Shown here: piece by piece, positions 1 through 17,072 of the stretch
How positions within the stretch are numbered: the stretch's first letter is position 1
Layout of the letters: every line of letters starts with the position of its first letter
From: Bugula neritina
Taxonomy: Eukaryota > Animalia > Bryozoa
Direction of reading: 5' to 3'
DNA length: 64,000 nt
Assembly: GCA_964035545.1 (NCBI GenBank)
Contig: OZ037770.1
Location: forward strand, 15,304,642 to 15,368,641
Notes under the pieces: generated by a model
Database searches by the model: none
Told to the model about the DNA's origin: nothing
Seen by the model: only the letters and a program-made list of their open reading frames with translations
Position numbers and translations under genes: made by a program

Positions 1-1004
1 CAGCTGTAAAATCTAATTATGAGTCTTTCTGATTCAGGTTAGTGCGGGTGCTGTCGTTAAAATTTTAATTGCTATGCATATAAAAATAGGTTAGTAGACA
101 TTGAAATTAGCTTTGGGTTAATAATTTTGAATAGTATTGCGTTATTAGTTAATTTTCAATTATTAATATAAAAGTTGTTCGTAAAAATACCCATTATATT
201 GTTGTGAATTTACGCTTTCACTAATTAAGGGCTATTTAAAGCTAAAGTAATACTGCCGAGTTAGAATAAGAAAGAATTCATTTACGCATTAAAGATACAC
301 AAGTTCCTAACTACTACGCAAATAAGAAAACATTACATAATTGATGATAGCAGTAACACGATATAACTACTGCATTGCTGCTACTCAACTGCTTGCCCTT
401 CAAGCGTGTAGCCTACTAGCCAATTGTCAATAGTGTCCACCCCAATACATTACTAATCGTAGGCCTATAGTGTATAAGATACTGGCTCCGCTGATTGGCT
501 ATTACGGTTATCAACTATCACCATAGTTGATCTGCTGCAATGAACTCAATAATTATTAACTGGAATGGGTACGATTGTACTTTGTAATGTAACCTCGTTG
601 CCGATTGGCTTTGTGAGCCCGAGCATGCTCTTTTTCTAGCGGGAGAAAATAGAGCCGGTCGTCCATCATTTCGATTGAGTGAATCTCACTTTTAAACTTT
701 GTTTTTTGTCCTGCTTTATATCTGAAGCGACTATATTTTTATTTAATTGTGTTTTCTATCACCTCTACTTTGTTAAACATGTCGAATTCTCCGTATCCTA
801 AGCAAACTAAGGGTCAAAGAAGCAAGACCACTGAGTCTCAGTGTTATGCATACAATTGCCGCAACTACCAGTACAGCAGTTACATGGAGACAAAAAAAAT
901 CTCTTTTCACAAGTAAGTATATGGCTTTAGTTACAACAATCAGTGAAAGTAATACATGAACTAGCGTAACAGTAGGCTTAATAGTTGTGGTAGCGGTGCT
1001 GCTG

Positions 1005-1639
1005 CCTACTAGTACTAGTAGTACTAGTACTAGTAGTACTCTACTACTAGTACTACTACTACTGTCTACTACTACTAGTAGTAGTAGTAGTAATACTAAT
1101 ACTAATAGCTAAGCCTAAGGCTAATGGCTAATGTTATACTTACAGTATCAGTATGATAGTACTACTACTACTACTACTACTAGCCTACTACTACTACTAG
1201 CCTACTGCTACTACTAGTACTAGCCTACTGCTACTACTACTACTACTAGCCTACTGCTACTACTACTACTACTAGCCTACTGCTACTACTAGCCTACTGC
1301 GAGGTAGGTGCAGTAATGGAGAAATTGAGAAAAGCCAGTGTTCTAGATTAAAATTGTAGCAAAAGAAGTTATGTTCTCACGAGAATTTTAACCCGCGCCT
1401 CAAACCAAAATGTAATGGAATAATTAAAGAACTTGGGCTATCTCAATTTCTCCACTACTGCTCCTAAATGCCTACTGCTACTACTACTACTAGCCTACTG
1501 CTACTACCACTACTAGCCTACTGCTACTACTACTACTAGCCTACTGCTACTACCACTACTAGCCTACTGCTACTACTACTACTACTACTACTACTAGCCT
1601 ACTGCTACTACTACTACTACTACTACTACTAGCCTACTG

Positions 1640-1690
<51 letters not shown>

Positions 1691-1856
1691 GCCTACTGCT
1701 ACTACCACTACTAGCCTACTACTACTACTACTACTACTACTACTAGCCTACTGCTACTACTACTACTAGCCTACTACTACTACTAGCCTACTGCTACTAC
1801 TACTACTAGCCTACTGCTACTACTACTACTAGCCTACTGCTACTACTACTAGTAGT
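1005..1856. repeat. (CTA/TAG)n-based compound microsatellite with CTAGCCTACTG motifs
   Basis: Directly visible long CTA-rich array inside the transposon. Confidence 0.95.
1305..1466. mobile_element. Small MITE-like insertion nested in the microsatellite
   Basis: Imperfect terminal inverted repeats TAGGTGCAGTAATGGAGAAATTGAGA versus reverse complement TAGGAGCAGTAGTGGAGAAATTGAGA. Confidence 0.7.
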
Positions 1857-3952
1857 AGAGCGCTACTTTGGCAATGCAGTTATAATTGAGTGTTGAACTA
1901 ATATCTTTATTGTGTCATCTACTCAGGTGTCTCTTGCTACCCAGTTGCTGTCAGCTTCAGTGGCTGACTCACTAGATACGCTGAAACAGTTGGGACTCTC
2001 TAAATTCCAGCAGTGTGATGCTACCATCAACTTCATTAGGGTTTGTTACAGCTTTTGGTTTTATTTCTTTAAAATACTGTAACTGCGATCGTCCCATGTT
2101 CTGCTGATATTACTTTTTCTGTAGCGAGTTGATCGGTTGTTTGACATCCTGAATAGTCGATCAGCAATAGCTAAAGGCTACAAGCAGCCTTTACATCTAA
2201 ATGGTATCAGTGTCATCACTCCTTTTCTGAAAGATACACGGCAATATTTGCTAGGCCTAAAGAATAATGAAGGGATACCTCTGTACAAGACCAAAAGGTA
2301 AATTTCCTATTACCATAGAAAGTGTTACTTGCTTATATTTCAGATCTAATATGTGCCTGTCCCTATTTGTGTTATTTGCAGACATGTTTGTATTACTGGA
2401 CTTGTATGTGCCATTGACACAGTATTTGGGTTGGTGGAGAAACTGTTAGTGCTCGACTATCTGCTAATGTATAAATTTTCGCAAGACCATATAGAGCTGT
2501 GGTATGCTATAGCTCTAAACAGCTATGCATGAAGCCCAGTCTGCATCCACTTATGTTAAGATGTTCATTTGTTCTCTTACTCTCTTATCTCTTTCCTTCA
2601 GGTGTTCGGTTTTTCACTTTGCTTTGATAGGGGCAACTAAGATGGTCGGTTGGACCAACTGTGTTGAAAAGTGAATATTTTTGCATGAGCTTAGCGGTTA
2701 AAATGCATGCAATATGAAGTATATTTTATTAACTTTTGAATACCAAGAGACAAAGATAATGAATTTTCAAAAATTTCCAAAACTGTGGTGTCAAAGCAAT
2801 TGTGCATTTTTTAATTAAATGACTTTTTTGGCTTAATTGCATGCAAGGTTTTGCTTGTGTTCTAAAAAACATCATTTTTTCTGGGTAAACATAATCCAAT
2901 CATTAATTGTGAACAGGCAATTGATGTCCAAGCATTTTTTTAATATCTGTTCTAGGTGGATGGAATAATAACGCATCTGTAACTGGCTTTCAGTCTATCT
3001 TTAGAAAATTGGTGACCCGATGTGGTGTACATCCAGGCAACTCAGGAAATTCTAAGCCATTAGATAGCACAACTGCTATTCATGGAGACATCATTAGGCA
3101 TCGAAAATCATCATTTCTCCCTTTTAAATTTACTCATTGAAGTATATTATGACTTATTTCAGCACCACATTGCTAAACTAACAAATATTGCTATGCACAA
3201 ACTAAATTTCAGGCAATGTAGCAACAAAAGTGTACTGTTTAGAGGCCAGTAATAAGGATGTGGGTAATTAATCGTTTAGAAGTTATTACAACAGTATTTA
3301 TATTATAACATTAGATGATAACAAATATTGTTATTGCAATATAATATTATTTTTTGTTTATTCTGTAATTCTATTTTAATCACTTATTGCTTTCAGATTA
3401 GCACTTGAAAACAGAATTTAAAACTTTGAAAGGTTTAAGGAAATCTGTTACTTGCCTGTGTTGTAAAGCTGTGTCTTACCACCGGTTTTTTTATATTATT
3501 TATAAACTTTTATACTTGTTATCCTTACTGCCAGTGTTCATGTACTAAGGCTGAAATTTGCTTTGCTGTTGCTTTTCATTTAATTTTGACTAATGTGTTG
3601 ATCTAATCAATGAATATGTAATGCATTTGTTAGGTTATTAAAGTTATTATCATATATACTTGAGGTACATGCTTCATAAAATGATAATTAGTCATGAAAT
3701 TACAAATACCAAAAGTAAAATAAACAAAATAATTGGTTCCTGCTTCACATTGCTGAATTTTCATTATTTTTTAGCGTTTACCTCAATTTATAAGCTCTAA
3801 TAGCTTGCATTTATAATGGATTTTACTACTACTGCGTGCAAAACAAGTAGGCGTGGTTAAGTTTTCCATGTTAAGGCGGAGCTAAACTATTTGGCCACGC
3901 TAAAACGTCCTTGGCCTCTCCAGGTCTATTCCAGCTCAGTGATCTGCTGCAA

Positions 3953-7423
<3,471 letters not shown>

Positions 7424-9226
7424 CCCCAAATATATTCTGACTTGTTATTGCATACATAAACTACGATAACAATGAATAACCAAAGATATCCTGGGCTGTA
7501 TGTTATACATTGATGAAAAAAATTATACTGTGAGCTATAAGTAAATAATTATTTCATTCAACTCTCATTGTTTGCCTTTGTTTAATATTAGTGACTGTTT
7601 TGAGCCACTGCCTCATGTACGTAGTTTGGTATTTGAAGTGTCATGGTCTCTTTCAACAAAAATTTATACCTTTGCAAGACTCCTTAAAAATTTTCGTGCA
7701 TATTTTATACAATGTAGATGCCACAGAAATATTGGATAAGTTAAACCAAAGTTTAGTGCTATATATATACAGTCATGCCAAAATTTTGTTTTGCATTAAA
7801 AAATTAGTTGCACAAAACATTTCAAAACTTAAGGGTAATTATTGTGATATATAGTTATTTCTCGTGTGTATTTTATTTTTGGATTTTTGAATCTCATAAT
7901 ATCATGGGCCTCGGGTTAAACTATTACTTCAGTTTTGTTTGCTAAATAAATTAGTTTTTATGCAAGATTGTGTGTCTGTTTTAATTTTCAATCAGTTCAG
8001 GCGTTCATGGTACTCAAAGTATGTGTTGAATAGATTCATAGACTGAAGTGCTATAAGCTGCAAACAGCTATATAACATAAACCCCACATTATACTGGTGC
8101 TTTAAGAAAAAATTAATCTTTGGAAGCCTTAATAGTATAGTCCAGCAATTGCTTTGGTGTAATTAATCATGCAGCATCCAGGGTGAAAAAGCTATATTTT
8201 TTTTTGTTTGCAAATACAATAAAAATAAGAAGTTTAGTTGTAATATATGTAACGAAAGTTTTAGTTTTACTTTCATATTGCAAGTTCCATAAAGAGTTTA
8301 ATTAATCTTTACTCTGTTGAAAATAGATTACACTTTAATGTGTTGACATGGGCCTGCAGGTAGTTTGACTGCTAAAATTAATAGTGTGACACATAAATAG
8401 CTTCATAGTCACTACATGTGAGGTGTTAGGAGTATTTTAGTAGTACCAGCATGCACTTGATTTCAAATGTCATGTATACACTCATAGTATTTTAGATGGC
8501 TAGACAAAAATTTGCATTATAATTAGTTTATATATGTATTATTAGCATGTCATTCATTGACAGGTGGTTGTAAGGTGCCAGCATATGGTAATTTTAATTA
8601 AATAAACTACCAGTAGAAATTTTACTGAAATTCCTGATTGCCATGTCATGTATTGCTACACCAATGCAAGAGAATATTATGCTCAAGTTTATTTTTGGAG
8701 TTATGTTTCCTAATTCACAAGTTGAATAAAATGTGCGTGACCTCATTTTGTGAACTACTATCTGATGAGAAGTTATGTTATTGTTAAAAGAATTAATTAT
8801 ACTGAGTTACTTATATGATTGACTGTATAACATGTTTACAACTGGTCCAGTAATTAAAACTTTAAATAAATAACAAATTATAATTGCAGCATATCCAGGG
8901 TAGTGTGTATATAATCAAGTTGGATTAATGTAAAAAAGTGAGTCATAATACAGAGAAACATCTGTTTATTTATTTTTATACAAAACATAGCAGTTTATAT
9001 GGAAAGTATTGTCACAAAATCTTTTGTCTTATTTTGAGAAATCAAGTCTCAAATTTTATTTTCAAGTCTCAAATGAGAAAACAACACATTTTAGCATGAA
9101 TATTGAAAAGCAGCAATATAACATTCCTATTTTTTAAGAAACTATAAGAAAGATGCATGTATAGAATAAGTGTAAAATGCATAAAAAAAGTATGATATTT
9201 TATTACAATAGTTGTGCTTAAATATA

Positions 9227-9448
9227 GGGAGCAGCCGTGGTCTAAGGGTTAAAGCGTTCGCTTTGTGAACACGTTAAGTCGTGGGTTCGAACCCAGACAA
9301 AGGCCATTCATTGGTGATGTTAGGAAAAGCATCCAGTCATAATTGCTCTTGTCCCTTATTTAAACAAGTCCTTAGCCTGTTCTAACAAAAACCCTTTCTA
9401 TCAGGGGTTTCTCACAGGGATAGCGACTATATATAAACTTGCGTGAGC
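9227..9448 (+). mobile_element. tRNA-derived SINE with 12-bp target-site duplication
   Basis: A-box-like GTGGTCTAAGGG and B box GGTTCGAACCC. TGTGCTTAAATA occurs at both 9213-9224 and 9449-9460. The 3' part recurs at 35429-35518. Confidence 0.85.
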
Positions 9449-10218
9449 TGTGCTTAAATAAGCATGCGGCTATTATATAGATATAGGTAAAATATTACCC
9501 AGCTTTGGATATAATAATTGATACCATGTAGCAGAAGGGCGTATCTCTTCAACACTGTGATGTCATTTCCTGTCAGCTATCCTGAATCTTTGAGAAATAT
9601 AAAGCTTTGAAATAACTCTCTCCACATCTCTATGCGGTTGTAAGTTAAATCTATTTAGTGCATAAGGCGGAATAATATATTTTAATTTGCCAAAACCAAG
9701 TTTTTCTTCTAGTATGGCTTTCAGATTTGTTTTGCCAATTTCAAAAGTACATTAGAAGAAAACTGTAACTAAGGGAGACCTTAGCTCAGCGCACACATGA
9801 ACTGTCTCATCAGCTTATATATATCTGCTAATTGATAAGTGGATGAGAAAGAAGCTAGTAATAATATAGTTAAAGAAATAATGTATACTTGGGATATATT
9901 TAGTTTCCTCGCAACATTTTATTAACTTCCAATTTTCAACATAATTAAATCACGCATGCATTTTTAAAACAGAATTTTTCAAGGTACAGCCCAGTAAGTA
10001 CTATAAAAGTAAAAGGGCAAGACTAAAAATTCTATAAATTTATAGTAGTTGCAGTTTAAACTATATATAACATATGGACTTCACTTAGCATGATGTACAA
10101 TTCATACTATCTATACATTATATTATATTCAACAAGTTACTCTCCATGAATTTACAACCAGTAAAATGTACTATAGTATAACCATAATTTTTTTACAGAG
10201 TATGTTTTACCAACCAAG

Positions 10219-13200
10219 TTAGTTGGGGTGTGGTCTACAGGTAATCAGGTTGATTCTAAACCTCGGTGCACACTTGCAGTTTATTACGTCATACGCCTGG
10301 CCTCTAGGACACCGATTAGGTCCATACTGCTTACACTCTCTGCCAGCTGGCACTAGAAACAAATCATAATAGCAAAAGATGCATATTATTTTCGTTTAAA
10401 TTAAGACATATGAATGAAATTCAACTGCGGGTATAATTAATAATGAAATTGATTGATTAATGAGATCATTACTCTAATTAAAGTAATTATTTCTAAACAT
10501 AGAGACTTTGAAATATAATGATTTTGTTTTCTATTCTATTTAGCAGTTTCTGTATTTGAGAGAAAATATAAATTCATTTAGATATAAGTCATACCTATAA
10601 AACCACAGTTGTTTGGAATTGTTGGAGGTCCTGTTGAACCAGCTAGTGTAGTTGTTGGTGGTGCTGCTGTAGTTGTGGTAGTTGTTGTGGGTGCTGCTGT
10701 AGTTGTTGTGGGTGCTGCTGTAGTTGTTGTGGGTGCTGCTGTAGTTGTGGTAGTTGTTGTGGGTGCTGCTGTTGTTGTAGATCTGGGGGTTGTAACTGGA
10801 TGGGTTGTAGATGTAGATGTTGTTGGCCTCTCCATTATTTCATCAAAGCTGTCAGGAGAAATTCCTTTCACCAAACCCTATAATATTTTTATGAGTTTAG
10901 AATTACGGTTATTGCATAATGGTATATATGTACGTGGCAGCAGCATGTGTGCTCAGAAACTATCCACTCTTCCCATAATGCAGTTAGAAGAGAGCATTAT
11001 TTAAAAATAGATGTTTACTGGGAGAGTGTATCATCAACATTTATAGTTGTAGTAAACCATGTAATAAAGTATTCTGTAAGCGTTCCATTCACATTCCTGA
11101 GTTGTCTTCCCTTTTTAAAGATATTTCAGACTAAAACACCATAACTCCATACAGGAAATATTAAAATACTTACCACCAGAAATAAAACTTTTACCAGCTT
11201 GTACATAATGTCAAAATAATCTTTAAATTTTTAAATTTAGTATACGGATGACTAAAAGTACAAGAGACAAATAACTTTACTGTAAAGTAGCTAGTTCAGC
11301 CTTTTTCTCTGATTCTAACATGTTTACATTTTTGTCTCAACTTTTATATGAATGTTCTTCAAGCATAATTTAATGTGTAATGAGATGAGTCATAAGTTAA
11401 AATACGTCAACAGCAAAAGTATTAATAACCAACAGCTATAAAATTGAGGTACAATTATATCAAACTTTTAGCTTGGGAAAGCGAAATGTGGGCAGACAGG
11501 CACCAACAAACCTGATGACCTCATTTGTGTACCCAGTCAAAAGTAATTAGGTGTAACAAAACATCATTTATAAACAGTTTGCTTAACATCACGTATTAAC
11601 AGCTAGTTTAATATAAATTGAAGGAATTATTACATAGATATATTGGACCAAATTTCAGCTGTGTGTAATGACGCAACCTTCATTTTAGAGCCAGGATTTG
11701 TGTCATACTGTTCAACACAATTACTTTACATATATAATTTCATATGCAAATAGAACTGACAGCTCATGGTTCATAAATTTGACTGGCATATGCTAAAGAC
11801 TGACATGAAAGTATCATTAGCAGTCAACTCTACAATATACACAGCCAATATCGTGTATAACCTGTATATGTTATATATTATATATAATATAACCTATAAT
11901 ATATAATATAACTTATATATTATAGCCTATATAATAATTATAACCTATAATATAACATGACATAGATAAAATGACGGCACCCGCACACACTACACACATA
12001 TATGGAGCATACATGCCATAGACTACACACTACACACTACACACTACACACTACACACTACACACTACACACTACACACTACACACTACACACTACACAC
12101 TACACACTACACACTACACACTACACACTACACACTACACACTACACACTACACACTACACACTACACACTACATACTACACACTATATACACTACACAC
12201 TACACACTACACACTACACACTACACACTACACACTATACAGTACACACTACACACTACATACTACATACTACACACTATACACACTACACATTACACAC
12301 TATACACTATACAGTATACACTACACACTACACACTATACAGTATACACTACACACTACATACTACATACTACACACTATACACACTACACACTATACAC
12401 TACACCCATACAAGTTGCTGCAATAATCTCGCTAGAAACTTCCTTTAGGCTACATAGTTTCTAGGCAGTGCAAAATTAGCTTTGCGATGTTAAACATACA
12501 TACTTTCTTGTAACAAGATTTCAGATAGTGTGCTTACATATATACTAATGAAAGTGTTGTTTAGAACTATGTTCTTTGCATACCTTTAGACTACAAAAGC
12601 AACAGGAATTGCAAAAAGTTGGCTTTAGATGCATAGTCCTAATGATATTTTAATTTATTATCATCATTTTGTGTAAACGTATCATAATTAATAATATTTT
12701 GTTAAAAGAAGTCCATGAAGTATAATATACTAGGGAGTTGTAAGCTCTTTACCCATGAGTAAAATAAACGTGTTCTACTAATAATAACCTGCCAGTGATG
12801 AAGATAAATGTGCATGACTGACACGACCTGATTTTCTACTATATAATGTACAATATAAAGCAGCTATGTTTGGATAGGAGCTGGCAAGAAGTAACTCAAA
12901 GGCAAAAACTTCTACTTGGGTGCATTAATTTTGCAGAACTCTGTCAGCACAGTTACCTATTTTACAAAACATGCAAAGGCAATCAGCTTTTTGTTTAATT
13001 TCATCTATAAGCAGGTAAATTTATTCAAACTGGTATTGCTTTAGAAAAATAATGATTTGAAGTGCCATGCACATACAAAATATTTTTTTCCAATAAAAGT
13101 AAAACAGCCAGTCAATTTGTGATTCTTTAGCAGAAACCGATTAGAAAAAAGTATGAACTAAACTTTGAATTTTTTTAAAATTTTTTTCCTGAATGCTGTT

Positions 13201-14920
13201 ACATATATGTTTGTCCACCTTGAGATTTTGCATAAAAATGCCACAATTATATATCAAAATTATTTTTAAAAATTGGCAACATTTAAAACACAGTAAATTC
13301 TGCACCTTAACAACATTAAAAATAAACAGTTTGAGAAGCCTGTGCACCTGATTACTTAAACAAGTTAAAGATTACATTATTATAAGCTCAGTTGCAATAC
13401 TATCTTTGTAATTTTGTTTGAAGCATAAACATTTTAATGTGCTTTTCCCTCTGAGGTTCTGTCTTAGTATAGGAATAAACTTTAACAGCTTTATTCTATA
13501 CAAAAATATCCTGAACTCTATTTAGTTTTAGAAGCTAACAACCTTTGGTTTTGCCAAATTGTTAAAATTTGACTTGTTTTTGCGTTTATGTGACTGCAGC
13601 TGTGTGTGTGTGAAAAGAGTATATAATAGTAATTCACTTTGTTTACAATTGGTAGTAAGTAAACAATGCAATAATATGTTAATGCACAGTTGAAGCAATG
13701 TAAAGGGATACACACAATTGTCTAATTACAGTTAATATCACACATTGACATTTCCATTCATGTAGGCAATAGAAACGACAATAATGCTTTATGCAGGGAG
13801 TTAATAACAGCTTCCTGCCAAACAATCTCATGTGATTTATTATAGGCCAATTGTTTTCTCTGCTTTGCAAGTCTGTTTGTATATTACTGCTGGTTATGTT
13901 TATTAAGTGTCTGTAGTATCCATTTACCAAGTCTGGTGTTACCTATTGTTTCTAACCTCACAGCCAAACTATTGACTTAATGTTTTGCTGAATAGAATTG
14001 ATGAATTGTATCACTTTTTAATGATATGTAGTGTTAAAATAAAATAAAATAGTAATTGCACGAAACCAGTTGTGCCTCTTTATACCTTTTAGGGACTCTC
14101 TTTCTTTGTGACTTTAGTTGAGATTCAGTCCTTTTCTGGTGCAGCTGAGGCTGAAATGTTAGACCCAAGACTTGATTACTATTGGCCACTGCTGCTTTCT
14201 ATTTTTAGCATAAATAGTGAAATCGGAATACGCATTGCATTCAGAGCTTAGAAATTTACTATTCTATATTACAATATATATATTTCTTCATATCTATTCC
14301 TCAAGTTCAATAGAAGCCATCACACAGAAATAAAAGAGAACTTTGTAAGTGACTGACTTTTTAACTGCAAATTTGCAGCTGAAATTATCCATCCTGACTT
14401 ATAATTAATAACTAGTAGGCTTTCATATATGACCTGCAGATTTTATAGATTATAGCCCAAACCTTTGCAGCTCAACCTGTTGCAAGATACTAGGACTAGG
14501 ATAATGCGGTTCATGCAATACGATAACTGTTATTATAAACATTATACATATTATTCACCCAACAATTGAGATGTGCGATAACTTATCATTAGAGTTACTG
14601 CAGGTACAAACCACTCCAAACTCTACCTGCGTGGGTATGTTTATAACAACACTATAGGCTGAAGACTACAATCACTGTGTTAGTGTAGAATTACAGGCAC
14701 TGCTCATGTACAGTATAATTATTATATGTAATTATAGTGATAGCGTAGCCTATAATTCTAAGGCACGTTATAATTGTTCTACACCCCTGCAGCTGTTATA
14801 AAAGAACTAAACGGCTTAGCTGATTCATTCACCTAGTGTTGGTTGAACTGTCAGCAATAAGAAAAGAAGTGTCAGCAATAAGAAAAGAAGTGCCAGCAAT
14901 AAGAAAAGAACTGTCAGCAT
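10219..14920 (-). CDS. Secreted Thr-rich mucin-like protein with C-terminal Cys-rich chitin-binding (peritrophin/CBM14)-like module; partial model
   Basis: Signal exon 14920-14833 (MLTVLFLLLALLFLLLTLLFLLLTVQPTLG). Mucin exon 10877-10595 (TTTAAPTTT repeats ...PNNCGFI) splices in phase to last exon 10352-10219 (VPAGRECKQYGPNRCPRGQAYDVINCKCAPRFRINLITCRPHPN*). Intermediate exons and the link to the signal exon are unresolved. Confidence 0.65.
12022..12405. repeat. 7-bp (CTACACA)n microsatellite
   Basis: Direct inspection; explains the spurious HYTLHTT ORF. Confidence 0.95.
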
Positions 14921-17072
14921 AATGAAAATTAGCGTATCTGCAACTTGTTGTGGTGAGTCAGAAATTGTTATGCAACTTGTTGTTTGTTTACCATTTGCTA
15001 GAAATTTATTCAAAATTTAGAAATGAACTGAAGTAAAGAATATAAAAGCTGCATGAAAGATACTTAATGAGTTATAATTTAGTATAGTTTAGGCTTTACC
15101 TAAATATTATTTAGATAATGGTCTATTATTTAATTTTTAGCATTCAAAAATATTTCCAAGTTTTGATATCTTGGTTGATTTTAAAAAGTGATACTTTGTG
15201 AACTTTTGTAAAAACGCGGGTGAGCAACTGAGTTTTGATTTTTGAGGCCAGAAGCTCAATTTTTAACTGCTTATTGTTTACTTTCCTAACTTCCAAAATT
15301 ATGTCAGAGTAAAAATTGAATTTAAAAAGTGCATTGTTGCTTGAAGTTATATAATTAAATTAACTATTATTTGATTGATGTTATAATTTGCTATTTAATT
15401 ATTATTCTATTATGAAAATATTATATTTTACAATAAGTGCAAAATATTTTAATGCTAGTTATATTTAACAATCAGCTATCAACAGCCCAACCTATGAAAA
15501 ATGAAGTATTGTTTCATATTACTTGATATAATGACATTGTAGCACTGCGGTATGAAAACCCAGTCGACATTTTTTTATTTTTAATTCCACCCTTTCTTAT
15601 TATATAGCTCCTCTTATATTTTACTCCGCGCACACACATGTAATTATTATAAAACTGCAAGCATCAAACTATTATTCTACACTATTGGGTATGTTGCTAT
15701 AATAAGAAATTTACTATACAGTCATCTAATTTATGCATTTATAATTATGTAATTAAAAAGTAGTAATTTTAATGAGTGTGAATTATTCATAACCCGAATT
15801 CAACACTTGAGTATCTCAGCTGATAAAAGCTTAAGCTATTGACAGGAGAGCATGTGAGAAGAAAGCAAGGCTGTTGGTTAGAATCAGCTGTTGTGAAGGG
15901 AAATAATTTTATTGTGGCTGTGTAATAAACTAATGAAACAATGAGAGAGAGTGATTTGTAGTAGACAACTGTTTCACTTCTTTTGATAGGCTCAATCAGC
16001 ACGTATCAAATATTTCGATAGGTCAGACTAGTTTATTGTGTTTCCCTGAAGTTTCACTCATGTGCCTTGTTTAGTTGATGGTCGTAGGAGCTGTTAGCTG
16101 TATTACAATGGAAATTGGTATATAATATCTATTAACTTCAAAGCTGAACAACCATCAGTCGTGTCTTTATCAGATGACTGAAGTAACGCAACTGTTTTTA
16201 ATGTTCAACTATCTCATGCTTGATGTTCAAATTGAAACAACTGTGTTGGTCTATAAGTTGTGTAATTAATAGATGTAGAAAGCTATCGACGAAGCTAAAT
16301 ATAGTGGTTATATAATTCCCAAGGCTTACTGGGCAAGTTTCCATTTATATGATGTATGAAAACATCTAAAAGTGAAAAAATTAGATTATATTTGGTATGC
16401 TGTTGTTAATACTTGCATGTTTTTCTGAAGGCATCGTTAACTACTATACAATGCATTGCAATATATAACCCTGTATATAACGAAGTAAACAAAGTTGTAA
16501 ATTAAATAAAACTATACGTTCAACTCCAGCGCCTGTAACTCTTAGTACTTCTGCATGGAACGATCTAGAACTTTTCTCTTTGTATTGGATAAACTGCAGA
16601 TCACGCTAGTTTAATGTCTGCTGTTTTGGTGCATAGAAATGACTCATCTCTTTGTGCACAAGTCACGGCATTACGTAGGCATTACTTTTTGACTTGATTA
16701 TACTAGTAAATAAATATCATAAAATGATAATTTACGAGATAATTGCTCTCATGCAGATAAATATAACTCGTGTGTGCATTTAGTATCCTGTATTGTTGTT
16801 CAACACTTTAAACGCTTGATCTGAAAAATGATTTCATCTAAAGTTTACAATCATGTTGCAGCTATATATGGGATAGGTGTCGGAATAAAGGCACAAGGAT
16901 CCCATGTGATATAACTGAGATACTCAGTTTATTATACCCTGTTTGTAAATTGCAATAAAACCATTATTTTATATTATAGCAGAAAATAATGAGCTATTAA
17001 TAGGTGTAATACTTGATTGACACATTCACTTTCCTTTCTTTAAATACCTCCACAGTTTATTATGTTAACATT

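Larger units (their letters stand above)
779..3139 (+). pseudogene. Fragmented THAP9/P-element transposase (exons ~779-912, 1927-2040, 2125-2297, 2382-2501, 2956-~3139)
   Basis: Exon 1 MSNSPY...QCYAYNCRNYQYSSYMETKKISFHK is a THAP N-terminus (CxAxNCxN...SFHK). Later exons read VSLATQLLSASVADSL...CDATINFIR, RVDRLFDILNSR...KGYKQPL, YLLMYKFSQDHIELW and GGWNNNAS...FQSIFRKL, all typical of P-transposase. Exon 1 ends in phase 2 but the next exon starts in phase 0, so the middle of the gene is missing. Confidence 0.88.
538..3941 (+). mobile_element. P-element/THAP9-superfamily DNA transposon, internally deleted (non-autonomous)
   Basis: Identical 8-bp flanks ATCTGCTG at 530-537 and 3942-3949 (P elements make 8-bp TSDs). 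Ends are CAATGAACT... and ...AGCTCAGTG (reverse complement CACTGAGCT, 7/9 match). Contains THAP and P-transposase exons. Confidence 0.8.

Noticed and set aside
9227-9300. Functional tRNA gene (also 58541-58611)
   Set aside because: Cloverleaf stems are defective. The 9227 copy has a SINE body and TSD.
10609-11004. 131-aa Val/Ala/Gly-rich plus-strand ORF
   Set aside because: Antisense shadow of the Thr-rich mucin exon.
12002-12448. 148-aa His/Thr/Tyr repeat ORF
   Set aside because: Translation of a 7-bp microsatellite.
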